This document shows positions 10,134-20,365 of a stretch of 51,002 nucleotides of DNA, piece by piece. The DNA lies in NCBI GenBank assembly GCA_944390295.1, contig CALXPV010000001.1, positions 1 through 51,002 on the forward strand, read 5' to 3'. Source of the stretch: an uncultured Clostridia bacterium (lineage in GTDB: Bacteria > Bacillota > Clostridia > TANB77 > CAG-508). Under the pieces are notes generated by a model. That model saw nothing but the letters and a program-made list of their open reading frames with translations, was not told the origin of the DNA and searched no databases. Every line of letters starts with the position of its first letter. The stretch's first letter is position 1. The position numbers and the translations under genes are program-made.

Positions 10134-10150
10134 CAAAAGAAGGAGATTAA

Positions 10151-11392
10151 ATGGAACTAAAGACAAGGTATCAATATACGTATTTTATATATCCGTATAT
10201 TATTGAAAAAAATAAATATACCAAATATATACAAAAATTATTAAAAAATAAAAATTGTAACCTTAGATTATTTGAAAAACAAAAGGATTTAGACATATAT
10301 AATAAATTTCTGCCAAAAGTTAGAAGATTCATGTTTCCTACATTCGAGTTTTCAGATAACAAAAGGAAGAAGTTTGAAGAATTAGATATAGGACTTAAAT
10401 CAACAATTCTTCAAAAATATCCTTGTTCAATATTTGAATATAACTTAGAAAAAAATATACAAGGTAAAGCAGGAAGAGCAGAAGGAATTTTCTTTAGAAT
10501 AGAAAAAATAGAAATTATATGTTTTAATACAGGAGAATGTTTTATATTATTAAAAACAATGGTAGAAGATTCAGAACATTTTGAAGATGTACTAAATTTT
10601 AATTATAAATTTAAAGATATAAAATCTGAATTTATAGCAATGAAGCAATTTGATAATATAAAAATACAAGCAGATAAATTTTCTAGTATAAAAAAATTAA
10701 CAGATTTTATAGAAGATTTAGCTGGAGGAAGTTTAAAAAAGAATAATTCTATAACAGAAACAAATAAATTTTTAACTTTTTCATATACATGTGTTGATCA
10801 AAATGCATGGAATAAAACTAGAGGATTTGATGAAATAAAGCATCAGTTTTATAAATATATAAATGTATTACCAAATAATTATAATCTAAACATAGAACTT
10901 AATAGTGCAGATAGAAAAGTAGATATAATGGATAAATGGGAATATATAAAAATAGGGTTTTCTAAGCAAACAACAGCGTTATTAACATCTGGAATAGACA
11001 CATTTAACTATACAAAATTACCATTTTTATATGAAAATGTATACATTTATATGTATGTACTAGAATTATATAAGAAAATTTATATTCAAAAAATGACTGA
11101 ACAATATAAAATAACTACAAACTATAAAAAACTAAGAAAAGAATTTTTAGAATTTACACAAAATATATGGCTACAAGAAATAACAACTGATGATATAGGA
11201 AGTTTGCTATGTAATAGTTGGGCATTAAATTTAGAACTAGACAAAGTTTATTGGAAATTAAAAAATGAATATGATATTTTATATAAGGAAAGCAATATAG
11301 AAAAGACAGCTAAGACTAATAAAATTATACTTATAATATTATTAATTTCATTAATATTAAATATAATAAATTTTGTAGAATTATTATATTAG
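10151..11392 (+). CDS. Hypothetical protein (413 aa) with a single C-terminal TM helix
   Basis: The SD AAGGAG precedes the ATG. The gene is probably co-transcribed with the WG-repeat gene (17-nt gap). The C-terminal hydrophobic tail is KIILIILLISLILNIINFV. The family is not identified. Confidence 0.6.
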   Translation: MELKTRYQYTYFIYPYIIEKNKYTKYIQKLLKNKNCNLRLFEKQKDLDIYNKFLPKVRRFMFPTFEFSDNKRKKFEELDIGLKSTILQKYPCSIFEYNLEKNIQGKAGRAEGIFFRIEKIEIICFNTGECFILLKTMVEDSEHFEDVLNFNYKFKDIKSEFIAMKQFDNIKIQADKFSSIKKLTDFIEDLAGGSLKKNNSITETNKFLTFSYTCVDQNAWNKTRGFDEIKHQFYKYINVLPNNYNLNIELNSADRKVDIMDKWEYIKIGFSKQTTALLTSGIDTFNYTKLPFLYENVYIYMYVLELYKKIYIQKMTEQYKITTNYKKLRKEFLEFTQNIWLQEITTDDIGSLLCNSWALNLELDKVYWKLKNEYDILYKESNIEKTAKTNKIILIILLISLILNIINFVELLY

Positions 11393-11426
11393 GGATTTTA
11401 GAAATAGTTCTAAAATCCCTATTTTT
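11391..11426 (+). terminator. Rho-independent terminator
   Basis: Stem AGGGATTTTAGA/TCTAAAATCCCT followed by ATTTTT. Confidence 0.7.
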
Positions 11427-11448
11427 AAAGATATAGGAGCTGGGAAAA

Positions 11449-11823
11449 ATGTTAAGATGTGGAACAGATATAATAGAAGTTTCAAGAATAAAAGATGGAA
11501 TAGAAAATATAGGAAATAAGTTCCTAGAAAGAATATATACAGAAAAAGAAATAGAATATTGCAATAGTAAAAATGTACAAAAATACCAAAGCTTTGCTGG
11601 AAGATTTGCAGCTAAAGAAGCAATATTTAAAGCGTTATCAGATATTATAGAAAATAAATTTAAAATAGAGTGGAAAGATTTCGAAATATTAAATGATAAT
11701 GCGGGAAAACCTATTGTTATAATAAATAACGAAACAATAAAACAAAGAATAAAAGATATTAGTATAAGCATATCTCATTGCAAAGAATATGCAGAAGCAG
11801 TATGTATTGCAGAAATAGAATAG
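11449..11823 (+). CDS. acpS: Holo-[acyl-carrier-protein] synthase
   Basis: 124 aa. GTDIIEVSRI at the N-terminus and FAAKEAIFKA are typical AcpS motifs. Confidence 0.88.
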   Translation: MLRCGTDIIEVSRIKDGIENIGNKFLERIYTEKEIEYCNSKNVQKYQSFAGRFAAKEAIFKALSDIIENKFKIEWKDFEILNDNAGKPIVIINNETIKQRIKDISISISHCKEYAEAVCIAEIE

Positions 11824-11832
11824 GAGGAAAAA

Positions 11833-12612
11833 ATGAAATTATTTGATTCACATTGTCACTTAAATGATGAAAAATATAATGAAGATAGAAAAGAACTTAT
11901 AGAAAATTTAAGAAAGCAAGGTGTAAAAAGATTAGTAACTGCTGGGTACAGCATAGAAAGTTCAAAAGAAGCAATAAAGTTAAGCAAAGAATACGACTTT
12001 ATTTATGCAACAATTGGTATTTCTCCTAATGATGTTCCAAAAACACTAGAAGATTTAGATAAAGATTTAAACAATATAAAAGATTTATATAAAGAAGGCG
12101 AAAAGATTGTAGCCGTAGGAGAAATTGGGTTAGATTATTATTGGAATACTGAAAATAAAGAGATACAAAAAGAGGCTTTTAAAAGACAGATAGAATTAGC
12201 TAATAATTTAAATTTGCCAATCCAAATTCACACAAGGGAAGCAATTGCAGATACATTGGAAATACTTAAAGATAATAAAGTCAATAGAAAAGGAATATTC
12301 CACTGTTGTCCTTTTAACAGAGAACTAGTCAAAGAAGGACTAAAACTTGGATTTTATATATCTTTTGCAGGGCCAACTACTTTTAAAAATTCTAAGAACG
12401 CAGTAGAAATAATAAAAATGGTTCCAGATGATAAAATGCTTGTAGAAACTGACAGTCCATACTTATCACCAGAACCTTTTAGGGGAAAAAGAAATGATCC
12501 TAGTAGAGTACAATATATTATAAAAAAGATTGCAGAAGTAAAAGAAAAAAGCTTTGAAGAAATAGAAAAAATGGTATATGAAAATGCAAATACAATATTT
12601 AATTTAAAATAG
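11833..12612 (+). CDS. tatD: TatD-family metal-dependent DNase/hydrolase
   Basis: FDSHCHL, GEIGLDYYW and ETDSPYL motifs. The SD AGGAGG precedes the ATG. Confidence 0.88.
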   Translation: MKLFDSHCHLNDEKYNEDRKELIENLRKQGVKRLVTAGYSIESSKEAIKLSKEYDFIYATIGISPNDVPKTLEDLDKDLNNIKDLYKEGEKIVAVGEIGLDYYWNTENKEIQKEAFKRQIELANNLNLPIQIHTREAIADTLEILKDNKVNRKGIFHCCPFNRELVKEGLKLGFYISFAGPTTFKNSKNAVEIIKMVPDDKMLVETDSPYLSPEPFRGKRNDPSRVQYIIKKIAEVKEKSFEEIEKMVYENANTIFNLK

Positions 12613-12635
12613 ACATCTTTTGGATGTCTATTTTA
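12610..12635. terminator. Bidirectional hairpin between convergent tatD and htpX
   Basis: Stem TAGACATC/GATGTCTA with A/T runs on both sides. It overlaps the htpX stop codon. Confidence 0.55.
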
Positions 12636-13512
12636 AGTTTTTAATTGCTTCTATTCTATCCTCTGTGGAAGGATGAGTAGAAAACCAATTTGTAGATTTT
12701 TTCTTTTTATCCTTAAAAGGTGAAACTATATACATGTTTTCTGTAGAATTATTAGCTTGTTTCATTGTGGAAGTATCTGCTTCTAGCTTTGTTAGAGCAG
12801 ATATTAATGCATCTGGATTTCTTGTAAATTCAACAGAAGATGCATCTGCCATAAATTCACGTTTTCTAGAAATTGCTAGTTTCATTAATTTTCCGAATAC
12901 AGAAGCTAGTAATAATAAAAGAAGACTTATTAAAACCATAATACCATTTGAATTTTTACTGTCCGAATCTCTCCATAAAAACGCTCTAGAAAAGAAGTCG
13001 GAAAGTATTACTACTAAACCTACCATAACAGTTAAAACAGCAGATAGTCTTATATCATAATTTTTAATATGTCCCATCTCGTGTGCAACTACAGCTTCAA
13101 GTTCATAATAATCTAATTTTTCTATTAATGCAGTAGTTACACAAATAACAGAATGTTCTGGATTTCTACCGGTTGCAAAAGCATTAGGTTGGTTAGATTC
13201 CATAACATAAAGTTTAGGTTTTGCTTTCAAACCAGAAGATATCATTAATCCATCTAAGATATTTATAAGTTTTTTGTTTTCTTCTTCTGTTGCAGGTCTT
13301 GCATTATTTAAAGATAAGATTATTTTATCACTATAATAATATGAGCCCCAAGCAGATGTAATAGAAAATATTAAAGCAAAGACAATGGAAAAGATTCCAA
13401 AATCTAATGCATAGCAAATATAATAAACTATTAAAGTAACAATAATTATATAAATGGATATAATAAGTCCGGTTTTCATTTTATTCCTTTTTATATCTTC
13501 ATACATCGTCAT
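12628..13512 (-). CDS. htpX: M48-family zinc metalloprotease HtpX
   Basis: HEMGH zinc motif, four hydrophobic segments, and a C-terminal STHPSTEDRI motif. Confidence 0.88.
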   Translation of the reverse strand: MTMYEDIKRNKMKTGLIISIYIIIVTLIVYYICYALDFGIFSIVFALIFSITSAWGSYYYSDKIILSLNNARPATEEENKKLINILDGLMISSGLKAKPKLYVMESNQPNAFATGRNPEHSVICVTTALIEKLDYYELEAVVAHEMGHIKNYDIRLSAVLTVMVGLVVILSDFFSRAFLWRDSDSKNSNGIMVLISLLLLLLASVFGKLMKLAISRKREFMADASSVEFTRNPDALISALTKLEADTSTMKQANNSTENMYIVSPFKDKKKKSTNWFSTHPSTEDRIEAIKNLK

Positions 13513-13564
13513 ACAACCTTTCTTTATATTGAAAAAGATTTCTTTTAAAAAAAGAAATCTTTAA

Positions 13565-14116
13565 TTATTTAGAAAAATCAATTTTTATATTTTGCTTAGT
13601 TGCTTCATCTTTCACTTCAAATAATTCATCTGGTTTGAATTTAAAAATACTAGCTATTATATTTGAAGGAAAAGTTTCAAGCTTTGTATTATACATTGTT
13701 ACAGTGTCATTGTAAAATTGTCTTGAATAAGCAATTTTATTTTCTGTATTTGTAAGTTCATCTTGTAATTGAGTAAAGTTTTGGCTTGCTTTTAAATCTG
13801 GATAGTTTTCAGAAACAGCCATAATTGTTTTTAAGGCTTCTGTTAATTGATTAGAGATATCTGCTTTGGCAGCAACTGTTTCTGCTGAAGCCCATGCACT
13901 TCTTAATTCTGCAATTTTTGCAAATACATCACTTTCATGTTCCATATAACCTTTTACTGTTTCTTGTAGGTTTGGAATTAAGTCAAATCTTCTTTTTAAT
14001 TGAACATCAATTTGACTCCAAGCATTTTTTACTCTTTGTCTTAAAGTAACTAATTTGTTATACATTGCAATTACTGCGACAACTAAAACAACTAAGATAA
14101 CTATTGCGATTATCAT
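13565..14116 (-). CDS. lemA: LemA family protein
   Basis: An N-terminal TM helix followed by the LemA signature region ([41 protein letters not shown]). The SD is AGGAGGAG. Confidence 0.85.
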   Translation of the reverse strand: MIIAIVILVVLVVAVIAMYNKLVTLRQRVKNAWSQIDVQLKRRFDLIPNLQETVKGYMEHESDVFAKIAELRSAWASAETVAAKADISNQLTEALKTIMAVSENYPDLKASQNFTQLQDELTNTENKIAYSRQFYNDTVTMYNTKLETFPSNIIASIFKFKPDELFEVKDEATKQNIKIDFSK

Positions 14117-14254
14117 AGATTAATCTCCTCCTTTAAAAAATATTTTATCATATAGAAAAAATATATACAATAAAAAAGATAAATATTAGCATAAAATTAG
14201 CTTAGATCAAATATAATAATAATATATGGAAGAATTATGTAAATTCTGTAAAAT

Positions 14255-14283
14255 TTGACAGAATTAAAATTATATAGTATAAT
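14255..14283 (+). promoter_or_regulatory. Consensus sigma-A promoter
   Basis: TTGACA (14255-14260), a 17-nt spacer, then TATAAT (14278-14283). It lies about 70 nt upstream of the G5-protein start. Confidence 0.6.
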
Positions 14284-14354
14284 AATGGTGTTGCTTATAA
14301 GAAATTGCCTATATATCAGGCAAAACAGCCATAGGCTGGTTTAAGGAGGTAACT

Positions 14355-15317
14355 ATGATAAAAAGTAACGATAATGAAACAGCATCAATATCGGTAAAAA
14401 GAATAATAGGAATTTGCTTAATATTCTTATTTATCACAAGTATTTGTGTGTTTGCAGCCAATAAACAAGTAAAAAATGTAAAAATAGTATTATCAAATGG
14501 TTGCGAAATGGATGTTGTTACATCAAAAACAAAGGTATCAGATATTTTAGAAGAAAAGCATATAATATTATTACCTGAAGAAAAAGTAACTCCAGATGAA
14601 GACCAAACAGTTGGTGCTAATGGAGAAATTATAATAACAGAAAGAACTGCACAAGAAGAAGTAGCAGAAGCTGTTACAACTTCTAGTGAAGAAAATACAG
14701 TAAGCTTAGATTTAGAAACAGTTTCACAAGCGTATAACCCTATTACAGAAAAAATAGTTGTAGAAACAGTAGAAATACCTTATGAAACAATTACTAAAAA
14801 AGCAACAAATTCATCTAAAACTAGAGAACAAGTAATTCAAAAAGGTAAAAACGGAAAAAAAGAAGTTACTTATAGGGTAAAATATCAAAATAATAAAGAA
14901 ATAGAAAGAAAAGAAATTAGTTCTAAAGTTATAGAAGAACCAGTAAATAAAGTTGTACAAGTAAAAGCAAAAGAAACATCAAGAGGTAGTGGTGCAATTA
15001 GAGCAACAGGAACAAAAGCACAATATCAAGCTTATGCAAAATCTAGATGTAAAGCATATGGTTGGTCTGATTATGATTTTGATTGCTTGGTATCTTTATG
15101 GAACAAAGAAAGTGGATGGAATCCTACTGCACATAACTCTAGATCAGGTGCACACGGAATTCCACAAGCATTACCAGCAAGTAAGATGGCTAAATACGGA
15201 TCAGATTATATGACAGATTATAAAACTCAAATTGATTGGGGATTAAACTATATTAAAGGAAGATATGGATCACCATCAAAAGCTTGGAGTCATTCAAAAT
15301 CTAAGGGATGGTATTAA
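14355..15317 (+). CDS. Membrane-anchored G5-domain protein with a C-terminal lysozyme/transglycosylase-like domain
   Basis: N-terminal TM helix. A G5-like segment (IQKGKNGKKEVTYRVKYQNNKEIERKEIS). The C-terminus (LWNKESGWNPTAHNSRSGAHGIPQALP) resembles cell-wall glycosidase domains. Confidence 0.7.
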   Translation: MIKSNDNETASISVKRIIGICLIFLFITSICVFAANKQVKNVKIVLSNGCEMDVVTSKTKVSDILEEKHIILLPEEKVTPDEDQTVGANGEIIITERTAQEEVAEAVTTSSEENTVSLDLETVSQAYNPITEKIVVETVEIPYETITKKATNSSKTREQVIQKGKNGKKEVTYRVKYQNNKEIERKEISSKVIEEPVNKVVQVKAKETSRGSGAIRATGTKAQYQAYAKSRCKAYGWSDYDFDCLVSLWNKESGWNPTAHNSRSGAHGIPQALPASKMAKYGSDYMTDYKTQIDWGLNYIKGRYGSPSKAWSHSKSKGWY

Positions 15318-15327
15318 TAAAAATAAG

Positions 15328-15356
15328 GACGCACAATTAAATTGTGCGTCTTTTTC
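15328..15356 (+). terminator. Rho-independent terminator
   Basis: Stem GACGCACAAT/ATTGTGCGTC followed by TTTTT. Confidence 0.75.
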
Positions 15357-15406
15357 TTGTCTACACAAAAATTCTATAGTATAATTGAAAAAATTAGGAG
15401 GTAAAA

Positions 15407-16174
15407 ATGAAATTAATATCATGGAATGTAAATGGCTTAAGAGCAGTAATGAATAAAGGATTTAAAGATTTTTTTGATAAAATAGATGCAGATATTTTTT
15501 GTATCCAAGAAACAAAGATGCAAGAAAATCAAGTTGATGACAACATAAAAGAGATCGTAAAAGAATATAATGCATATTGGAACAGTGCTGAAAAGAAAGG
15601 ATATTCAGGAACAGCGATATTTTCTAAAGAAAAACCAATAAATGTAACATATGGAATTGGAAAAGAAGAACATGATAAAGAAGGAAGAGTTATAACATTA
15701 GAGTTTGAAAAATTTTATATGGTAAATATATATACTCCGAATTCAAAAAGAGAACTAGAAAGATTAGATTACAGACAAATTTGGGAAGATGAGATTAGAA
15801 AATATTTATTAAAATTAAATGCTGATAAACCAGTAATTATGTGTGGAGATTTAAATGTAGCACATAAAGAGATAGATTTAAAAAATCCTAAAACAAATAG
15901 AAGAAATGCAGGATTTACAGATGAAGAAAGAAATAAAATGACAGAATTACTTAATGCTGGATTTACAGATACATTCAGATATAAATATCCAGATGTAGAA
16001 GGTAAATATAGTTGGTGGTCATATATGTTTCATGCAAGAGAAAAAAATGCTGGATGGAGAATTGATTATTTTATAGTATCTAATTCACTAAAAGAAAATA
16101 TTATAGATGCAAAAATACTAGATGATATTTATGGAAGTGATCATTGTCCAGTAGAACTAGATATTAATATATAG
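15407..16174 (+). CDS. xth: Exodeoxyribonuclease III (AP endonuclease)
   Basis: MKLISWNVNGLRA, CIQETK, GDLNVAH and SDHCPV motifs. Confidence 0.9.
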   Translation: MKLISWNVNGLRAVMNKGFKDFFDKIDADIFCIQETKMQENQVDDNIKEIVKEYNAYWNSAEKKGYSGTAIFSKEKPINVTYGIGKEEHDKEGRVITLEFEKFYMVNIYTPNSKRELERLDYRQIWEDEIRKYLLKLNADKPVIMCGDLNVAHKEIDLKNPKTNRRNAGFTDEERNKMTELLNAGFTDTFRYKYPDVEGKYSWWSYMFHAREKNAGWRIDYFIVSNSLKENIIDAKILDDIYGSDHCPVELDINI

Positions 16175-16184
16175 GGAGAATATT

Positions 16185-17294
16185 ATGAAAGAGAAAAAAT
16201 GGAAAAATTGGCTATATTGGTTTAGCCTTGCATTAGCAATAATTATAGTATTTAACTTTTTTAATAATTTTGAAAATTTAAAAACAGTTATTGGGAATTT
16301 TTTTAATGTTTTAAGCCCATTTTTGGCAGGTCTTTTAATTGCATATATACTATTTTTACCAACAAGAGGAATAGAAAAGAAAATTGAAAAGAGTAAGGTG
16401 AAATTTATTAGTAAAAAAGCTAGACCTCTTAGTGTTTTGCTAATTTATATAATAATTTTAGTAATTATTGTAATTGCAATGAAATTTTTAATACCAAAAG
16501 TATATGAAAGTATAGTAGAACTTATAAACAACTCCCAAAGTTATGTTACAAATATGATTAATAAGTTTTCAGAATTACCAGAAGATTCTTTCTTAAAGAA
16601 AGACTTTTTACAAGAAGCTATACAACAACTAAAGAATATAGATATTATGCAAGTTTTAAATTATATTGCCGGAATATTTAGTGTAGCAACAAGTGTATTA
16701 AATGTTTTTGTTGTAATAATAGTATCTGTATATGTTTTAGTAGAAAGAAGCAAATTAGTAAAAGCATTAAAAAGATTTGTTTATGCAATATTTAAAGATG
16801 ATACTGCTAATAAAATAATAAGATATTTTAATAATAGTAACGAATACTTTTTTAAATTCTTATCTAGTCAGGTTTTAGACGGAATAGTAATTGGTATATT
16901 AACATCTATTGCAATGAGTATATTAGGTGTAAAATACGCAGTATTATTAGGATTCTTTATAGGATTATTTAATTTAATCCCATACTTCGGAGCAATATTT
17001 GCAGTAGCAATTTCTGCAATAATAACATTGCTTACAGGGGGATTGGTACAAGCAATCTGGATGCTTGTTATAGTTATAATTTTGCAACAAATAGATGCCA
17101 ATATTATAAATCCGAAAATAGTTGGTGGATCATTAAAATTAAGCCCATTATTAGTAATATTTGCAGTAACCATAGGTGGAGCATATTTTGGAATTTTAGG
17201 AATGTTTTTAGGAGCACCAGTTGCAGCAATAATAAAACTTGTATTAACAGATATTATTGATTTTAAATTGGAAAAAAAGAAGATAAAAGAATAA
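16185..17294 (+). CDS. AI-2E family transporter (PerM-like permease)
   Basis: 369 aa and polytopic. The LIPYFGAIFA and INPKIVG motifs are typical of this family. Confidence 0.8.
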   Translation: MKEKKWKNWLYWFSLALAIIIVFNFFNNFENLKTVIGNFFNVLSPFLAGLLIAYILFLPTRGIEKKIEKSKVKFISKKARPLSVLLIYIIILVIIVIAMKFLIPKVYESIVELINNSQSYVTNMINKFSELPEDSFLKKDFLQEAIQQLKNIDIMQVLNYIAGIFSVATSVLNVFVVIIVSVYVLVERSKLVKALKRFVYAIFKDDTANKIIRYFNNSNEYFFKFLSSQVLDGIVIGILTSIAMSILGVKYAVLLGFFIGLFNLIPYFGAIFAVAISAIITLLTGGLVQAIWMLVIVIILQQIDANIINPKIVGGSLKLSPLLVIFAVTIGGAYFGILGMFLGAPVAAIIKLVLTDIIDFKLEKKKIKE

Positions 17295-17299
17295 AATTA

Positions 17300-17348
17300 A
17301 AGGATATAAAGGAATTAAGAAAATATTAATACTTTATATCCTTTTTTC
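17300..17348 (+). terminator. Rho-independent terminator
   Basis: Stem AAGGATATAAAG/CTTTATATCCTT followed by a T-run. Confidence 0.65.
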
Positions 17349-17408
17349 TTAAGTTTTAAGATGATATAATATATACGAAATGATAAAAGAAAGAAAAGGG
17401 GTCATAAC

Positions 17409-18107
17409 ATGTATAATATTTTAGTTTGTGATGACGATAAAGAAATAGTAAAAGCAATAGAAATATATTTAGAAAAAGAAGGATACAAAATATATAAAGC
17501 TTATAATGGAAAAGAAGCACTAGATATAATAAATAAAACAGAATTACATTTGGTTATATTAGATATTATGATGCCAGAAATAGATGGAATATCAGTTGCA
17601 GAAACAGTAAGAGAAGACAAGGCAATTCCAATAATAATGCTTTCTGCAAAATCAGAAGATTATGACAAAATAAAAGGATTAAATGTAGGAGCAGATGACT
17701 ATATTACTAAACCATTTAATCCTATGGAGCTAGTTGCAAGAGTAAATTCGCAAATTAGAAGATATACAAAATTGGGAAGTATTAATGCAAAAGAAGAAAG
17801 TGATAATATATATAAATCCGGAGAACTAATTATAGATGATAGTAAAAAAGAAGTAACAGTTGATGGAAAAAACATAAAAGTAACACCTACAGAGTATAAT
17901 ATTTTAAAATTTTTAACTAAAAACAAAGGAAAAGTATTTTCTATATCACAAATATATGAAAATGTGTGGGAAGAAGAATCATATGGAGCAGAAAATATAA
18001 TTGCTGTACATATAAGACATATAAGAGAAAAAATAGAAATAAATCCACGCGAGCCTAAATATCTGAAAGTGATTTGGGGAATTGGATATAAAATAGAAAA
18101 TATTTAA
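17409..18107 (+). CDS. OmpR-family response regulator
   Basis: A receiver domain (DD...LDIMMP...K) plus a winged-helix C-terminus (LTPTEYNILKFL...VWG.GYK). Confidence 0.9.
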   Translation: MYNILVCDDDKEIVKAIEIYLEKEGYKIYKAYNGKEALDIINKTELHLVILDIMMPEIDGISVAETVREDKAIPIIMLSAKSEDYDKIKGLNVGADDYITKPFNPMELVARVNSQIRRYTKLGSINAKEESDNIYKSGELIIDDSKKEVTVDGKNIKVTPTEYNILKFLTKNKGKVFSISQIYENVWEEESYGAENIIAVHIRHIREKIEINPREPKYLKVIWGIGYKIENI

Positions 18108-18113
18108 AAGGAT

Positions 18114-20186
18114 GTGAAGATATGCGGAGAAAAAGAATTATTAACCAATCCGTTGTTAAAAATTATTTCTTTTCTAACATTACCAATTTTCTTGATGATT
18201 ATTGCGATAGATGTAATTGTTATAGCATATTCTATAGATAATCCAGAAGTAAGGGAATCAACAAACTTTTATGATACAGATATGTTTATTTCTTCTTATA
18301 TGGATGAGGTAACAAGAATAAGTACAAATGTTAATGATGAAATTGAAAATAATTTTGTATATGATGAATATGGATATATTATAGAGGAAGACGGAGAGAA
18401 CATTAATAATAGCACACCAGTATATGTTCAAGATGGAGAATATAGAATATATTATCAAAGTAATCATATAAAAAAGAAATTTATTTATTTAGTAGTAGAC
18501 TCAGAGAAAAAAATAGCATACACCAATATACAACAAACAGAACAAACTAATTCTATAAATGAATTAAAACAAGATTTAATATCAGAAAATAAGTATTGGT
18601 CAATTGCAGATAATAATATACAAACAAATATAGAAAGATTGTCAAAAGAAAATATAGTTTATAATCAAGATTTACAAGAGCTACAAACATTTTCTGAAAA
18701 TAAAGAATATTATACCGCATATGATGAGACTGTTAAAAATTGGGACTCGTCAAATGACATAGGAATAACTAGTGCAGTATATTATCAAATGCAAGAGTTA
18801 TATGGATTTTCATATACGACATTGATAGTAAGTATGATAATTGGAATTATAGAATTAATTTATTTAATATATAGTGTAGGACATTCAAAAGAAAAAGAGG
18901 GTATTAGTTTAACTTGGATAGATAAAATTCCATTAGAGATTTTAACAGTAATATATTTTATAATGTTATTTATAGAAACAATGCTTATGGCAAGTTGTGT
19001 GGTTATCTTAACTGTAGATGTTAATTTATCTTTAATGCTTATAGTAATGAGTGGATATTTTACAGCCCTTAATGCGTTATATATTGCGGGAACTTTATTA
19101 AAAAGAATTAAATCAAATACAATTATAGCAAATACAATTTGTTATAGATTCCTTAAATGGGTTGGTAGAAAATTATCTAATTTAAAAAATGCTATTTTTA
19201 CAAACTTAAAAATTAGTAGAAAAGTAGGAATATATTTTGCAGGAATAGTGATTGTATCGGCATTATTAATAGGAATATTTAGAGATTTTGGAATATTGCT
19301 AGATATAGTTTTTTGGATATGGTGCTACTACAAAATTATGAAAGAAGTAAATAAATTTAAAGAAATACATGATGCTACAGAAAAAATATATAAAGGCGAT
19401 ACAAATATAAAAATAGATGAGCATTTATATACAGGTCTTTTAAAAGAACTTGCTATGTATATAAATGATATTGCTGGAGGATTTACAAATGCGGTAAATG
19501 AGAGCATTAAAAGTGAAAGAATGAAAACAGAATTAATAACAAACGTTTCACATGATATAAAAACACCATTAACATCAATAATAAATTATGTAGATTTGCT
19601 AAAACAGGAAGATATTAAAGATGAAAAAGCAAAAGAATATATAGAAGTATTAGATAATAAATCACAAAGATTAAAAAAATTAATAGAAGATTTAGTAGAA
19701 GCATCAAAAGCTTCATCTGGAAATATAAAAATAACAAAAGAAGTCTTAAATGTTAATGAACTACTAAATCAAATAACTGGAGAATTTGAAGACAAATTTG
19801 AAAAAAGAGGCTTAAGAATAATTAGTAAATTACCAGAAGAAAAAGTATTTATTAAAGCTGATAGTAGATATTTATATAGAGTATTAGAAAATGTATATAG
19901 CAATGTTGCAAAATATGCAGAAGAAAATTCTAGAGTATATGTAGATTGCGTAATAGAAAATGATGACATAGCTATATATGTTAAAAATATATCGAAAGAT
20001 GAATTAAATATTTCAGCAGATGAATTAATGCAAAGATTTGTAAGAGGAGATAAATCTAGAAATACAGAGGGAAGTGGACTAGGACTTTCTATTGCAAAAA
20101 GTTTAACAGAACTACAAGATGGAACATTTAATATACATTTAGATGGTGATTTATTTAAAGTGGCAATTAAATTTAAAAAAGTATAA
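18114..20186 (+). CDS. Sensor histidine kinase (large N-terminal sensor, multiple TM helices, HisKA plus HATPase_c)
   Basis: H-box SHDIKTPLTSI, N-box NVAKYA and G-box GSGLGLSIAK. The start is uncertain: GTG 18114 sits only 1-2 nt after the AAAGGA SD. Confidence 0.82.
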   Translation: MKICGEKELLTNPLLKIISFLTLPIFLMIIAIDVIVIAYSIDNPEVRESTNFYDTDMFISSYMDEVTRISTNVNDEIENNFVYDEYGYIIEEDGENINNSTPVYVQDGEYRIYYQSNHIKKKFIYLVVDSEKKIAYTNIQQTEQTNSINELKQDLISENKYWSIADNNIQTNIERLSKENIVYNQDLQELQTFSENKEYYTAYDETVKNWDSSNDIGITSAVYYQMQELYGFSYTTLIVSMIIGIIELIYLIYSVGHSKEKEGISLTWIDKIPLEILTVIYFIMLFIETMLMASCVVILTVDVNLSLMLIVMSGYFTALNALYIAGTLLKRIKSNTIIANTICYRFLKWVGRKLSNLKNAIFTNLKISRKVGIYFAGIVIVSALLIGIFRDFGILLDIVFWIWCYYKIMKEVNKFKEIHDATEKIYKGDTNIKIDEHLYTGLLKELAMYINDIAGGFTNAVNESIKSERMKTELITNVSHDIKTPLTSIINYVDLLKQEDIKDEKAKEYIEVLDNKSQRLKKLIEDLVEASKASSGNIKITKEVLNVNELLNQITGEFEDKFEKRGLRIISKLPEEKVFIKADSRYLYRVLENVYSNVAKYAEENSRVYVDCVIENDDIAIYVKNISKDELNISADELMQRFVRGDKSRNTEGSGLGLSIAKSLTELQDGTFNIHLDGDLFKVAIKFKKV

Positions 20187-20194
20187 ATAAAGAT

Positions 20195-20226
20195 ACAGTA
20201 TAGTTTTGGCTATACTGTTTTTTTTC
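20195..20226 (+). terminator. Rho-independent terminator
   Basis: Stem ACAGTATAG/CTATACTGT followed by T7. Confidence 0.75.
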
Positions 20227-20365
20227 GGTCGAAAACTTAAATTGGCAGAAACAAGGTGCTAGTGAGTTATATTGTTTGATAAAAATAATTTATAAAAAAT
20301 ATTGTTAAATTACAGAATTATGATATAATTTGCAGGAGAACAAATTATCGCTAAAGGAGAGAAAA

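Noticed and set aside
14284-14354. The leader of the G5-protein gene, with two small hairpins, as a possible riboswitch (for example c-di-AMP/ydaO type)
   Set aside because: The leader is only about 65 nt, far shorter than ydaO-type elements, and I saw no conserved riboswitch core motifs.
12734-15213. Alternate-frame ORFs 12734-13060 (antisense to htpX) and 14989-15213 (inside the G5 protein gene)
   Set aside because: They are embedded in genes with clear family motifs and have no translation signals.
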